Positions 62,865 through 64,000 of a stretch of 64,000 nt of DNA are shown here, piece after piece (the first letter of the stretch is position 1; each line of letters begins with the position of its first letter). The stretch spans positions 28,458,001 to 28,522,000 of the forward strand of contig CM060732.1 of NCBI GenBank assembly GCA_030704615.1, read 5' to 3'. Below the pieces are notes generated by a model, which was given only the letters and a program-made list of their open reading frames with translations, was not told where the DNA came from and searched no databases. The stretch is from Takakia lepidozioides (Eukaryota; Plantae; Bryophyta). Position numbers and translations under genes: made by a program.

Positions 62865-64000
62865 TGTTAGCTAGGGTTCTGTTAGGGTTTTTTGACGGCT
62901 AAGGATGGTTCCTACCAGATTTCCCAGAGAACCTGTGTAGAATTTAAGGAAAGGCTGAGGCAATACCCGAGTACTTCTTCTAGCATGTAGGTTGATGTGC
63001 TATCCTAGTAGACTGCAGAGAGTAGGAGGAGAATTCCAGCATCTACAGTCAACTCTATTAGCTTTCTTTTTGTAGTAGGGAGTAAGGGAGCTTCCAGGCT
63101 CCAGTTCTCTCATCTTGTTAGTACCAGCTAATTCCTGTATTATTGCTTTTGTACTGCTGCTTGTGAATAGAAGCTCCCAGTAAAAATCTCTTGAGTGAGG
63201 ACAGGTCTAATTTTCTAACAGGTTATGGGCCAACGAAATGCTCCAACTACTTGGACAGATGAGCCTTCAGAGGCTGACTTGAAGGCAGCCATATGGAAGC
63301 CAAAGAATGAGCTTGCATTGGCATCTCTGATCATGAACATGAGACCAGAGGTGATAGAGCTGGCAAGGGGCCTTAAATTGCTAATGAGGTCTGGAAGAAG
63401 TTAGACAAACTGTACCAGGCAGATGTGGTAGTTCAAAATCTTGCCTTGTGGAAACAACTCATGAACACGAGAATGGGAGAAAGTGAGAGCGTATCTGCTC
63501 ACATTCCAAAGGTTAGAGGCATGTGTATGGAAACTGTTGCTGCAGGAGAGCAGATTAGTGAGCTGCTTCAGATCATGACCTTGTTTGGCACCTTGCCAAA
63601 GAGTTATGACATGGTGCAGACCGCATTCTCTACTCATGGTGAGAGTAAACTGACTGGGGAGTTCGTCACTGGACAACTTCTCATGGAAGAAAACAAGCTG
63701 AATAGGAGTAGATCTAGTATGGACAGTGCTCTCATGGCTACCTCTCCCAAGAAAGAGAGGACATGCTTCCAATGTGGCAAACCTGGCCATTTCCAAAAGG
63801 ATCGCAAGGTCAAGATTGACAAGCTCAAGAAGGACAACTGGAGAACGAAGAAAGGGAAGTCTGTGCATGCACATGTCGCTGACACAGGTAGCGACATTGA
63901 AGATCACCTATTTATGGCAGATGCAGAATACAGCCGAGATGATGATTATCTACTGGCTGCTGAAGGAGAACGCTGCGGGATGAGTGGCATCTGAAATCTG
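62865..64000 (+). mobile_element. Ty1/Copia element 5' end: LTR 62865-63220, PBS 63221-63231, degenerate gag
   Basis: TGTTAG...CTAACA then GGTTATGGGCC; gag with UBN2-like GESESVSAHI...LPKSY and knuckle CFQCGKPGHFQKDR (last Cys lost). Confidence 0.88.

Overview
Eukaryotic, TE-dense plant DNA. A non-seed land plant is my guess from the TE families, and it is inference only. There is one intact host gene, a 10-exon GPN-loop GTPase (GPN2/QQT1, minus strand, 56116-62562). It has two minor-spliceosome (U12) introns, and both contain insertions of one LINE family. The rest is nested mobile DNA. Positions 1-19.3 kb hold three nested or truncated copies plus a solo LTR of an Athila-like Ty3/Gypsy family that carries a large extra coiled-coil ORF downstream of pol, interrupted by a segment encoding two FCP1/NIF phosphatase-like domains. 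Next come a truncated Mutator-like element (19.3-24.3 kb) and a Sola-like transposase remnant followed by telomere-like repeats (27.5-31.5 kb). A complete 13.3-kb Mutator-like element (32486-45747, TIRs and 8-bp TSD CGGTTTGC) follows, then a Gypsy element with a dUTPase domain (48.3-55.5 kb), and the 5' end of a Copia element (62865-end). The most interesting object is the 13.3-kb MULE. Divergent from its transposase it carries a spliced gene for a ParB/Srx-domain plus beta-class N4/N6 DNA-methyltransferase-like fusion, a bacterial/phage-type architecture. It also holds an array of GC-rich palindromes, a captured MIRO fragment, and an in-frame, GT..AG-bounded Gypsy RT-RNaseH insert inside the transposase. 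This copy is pseudogenised. All domain calls are by motif recognition, not database search.
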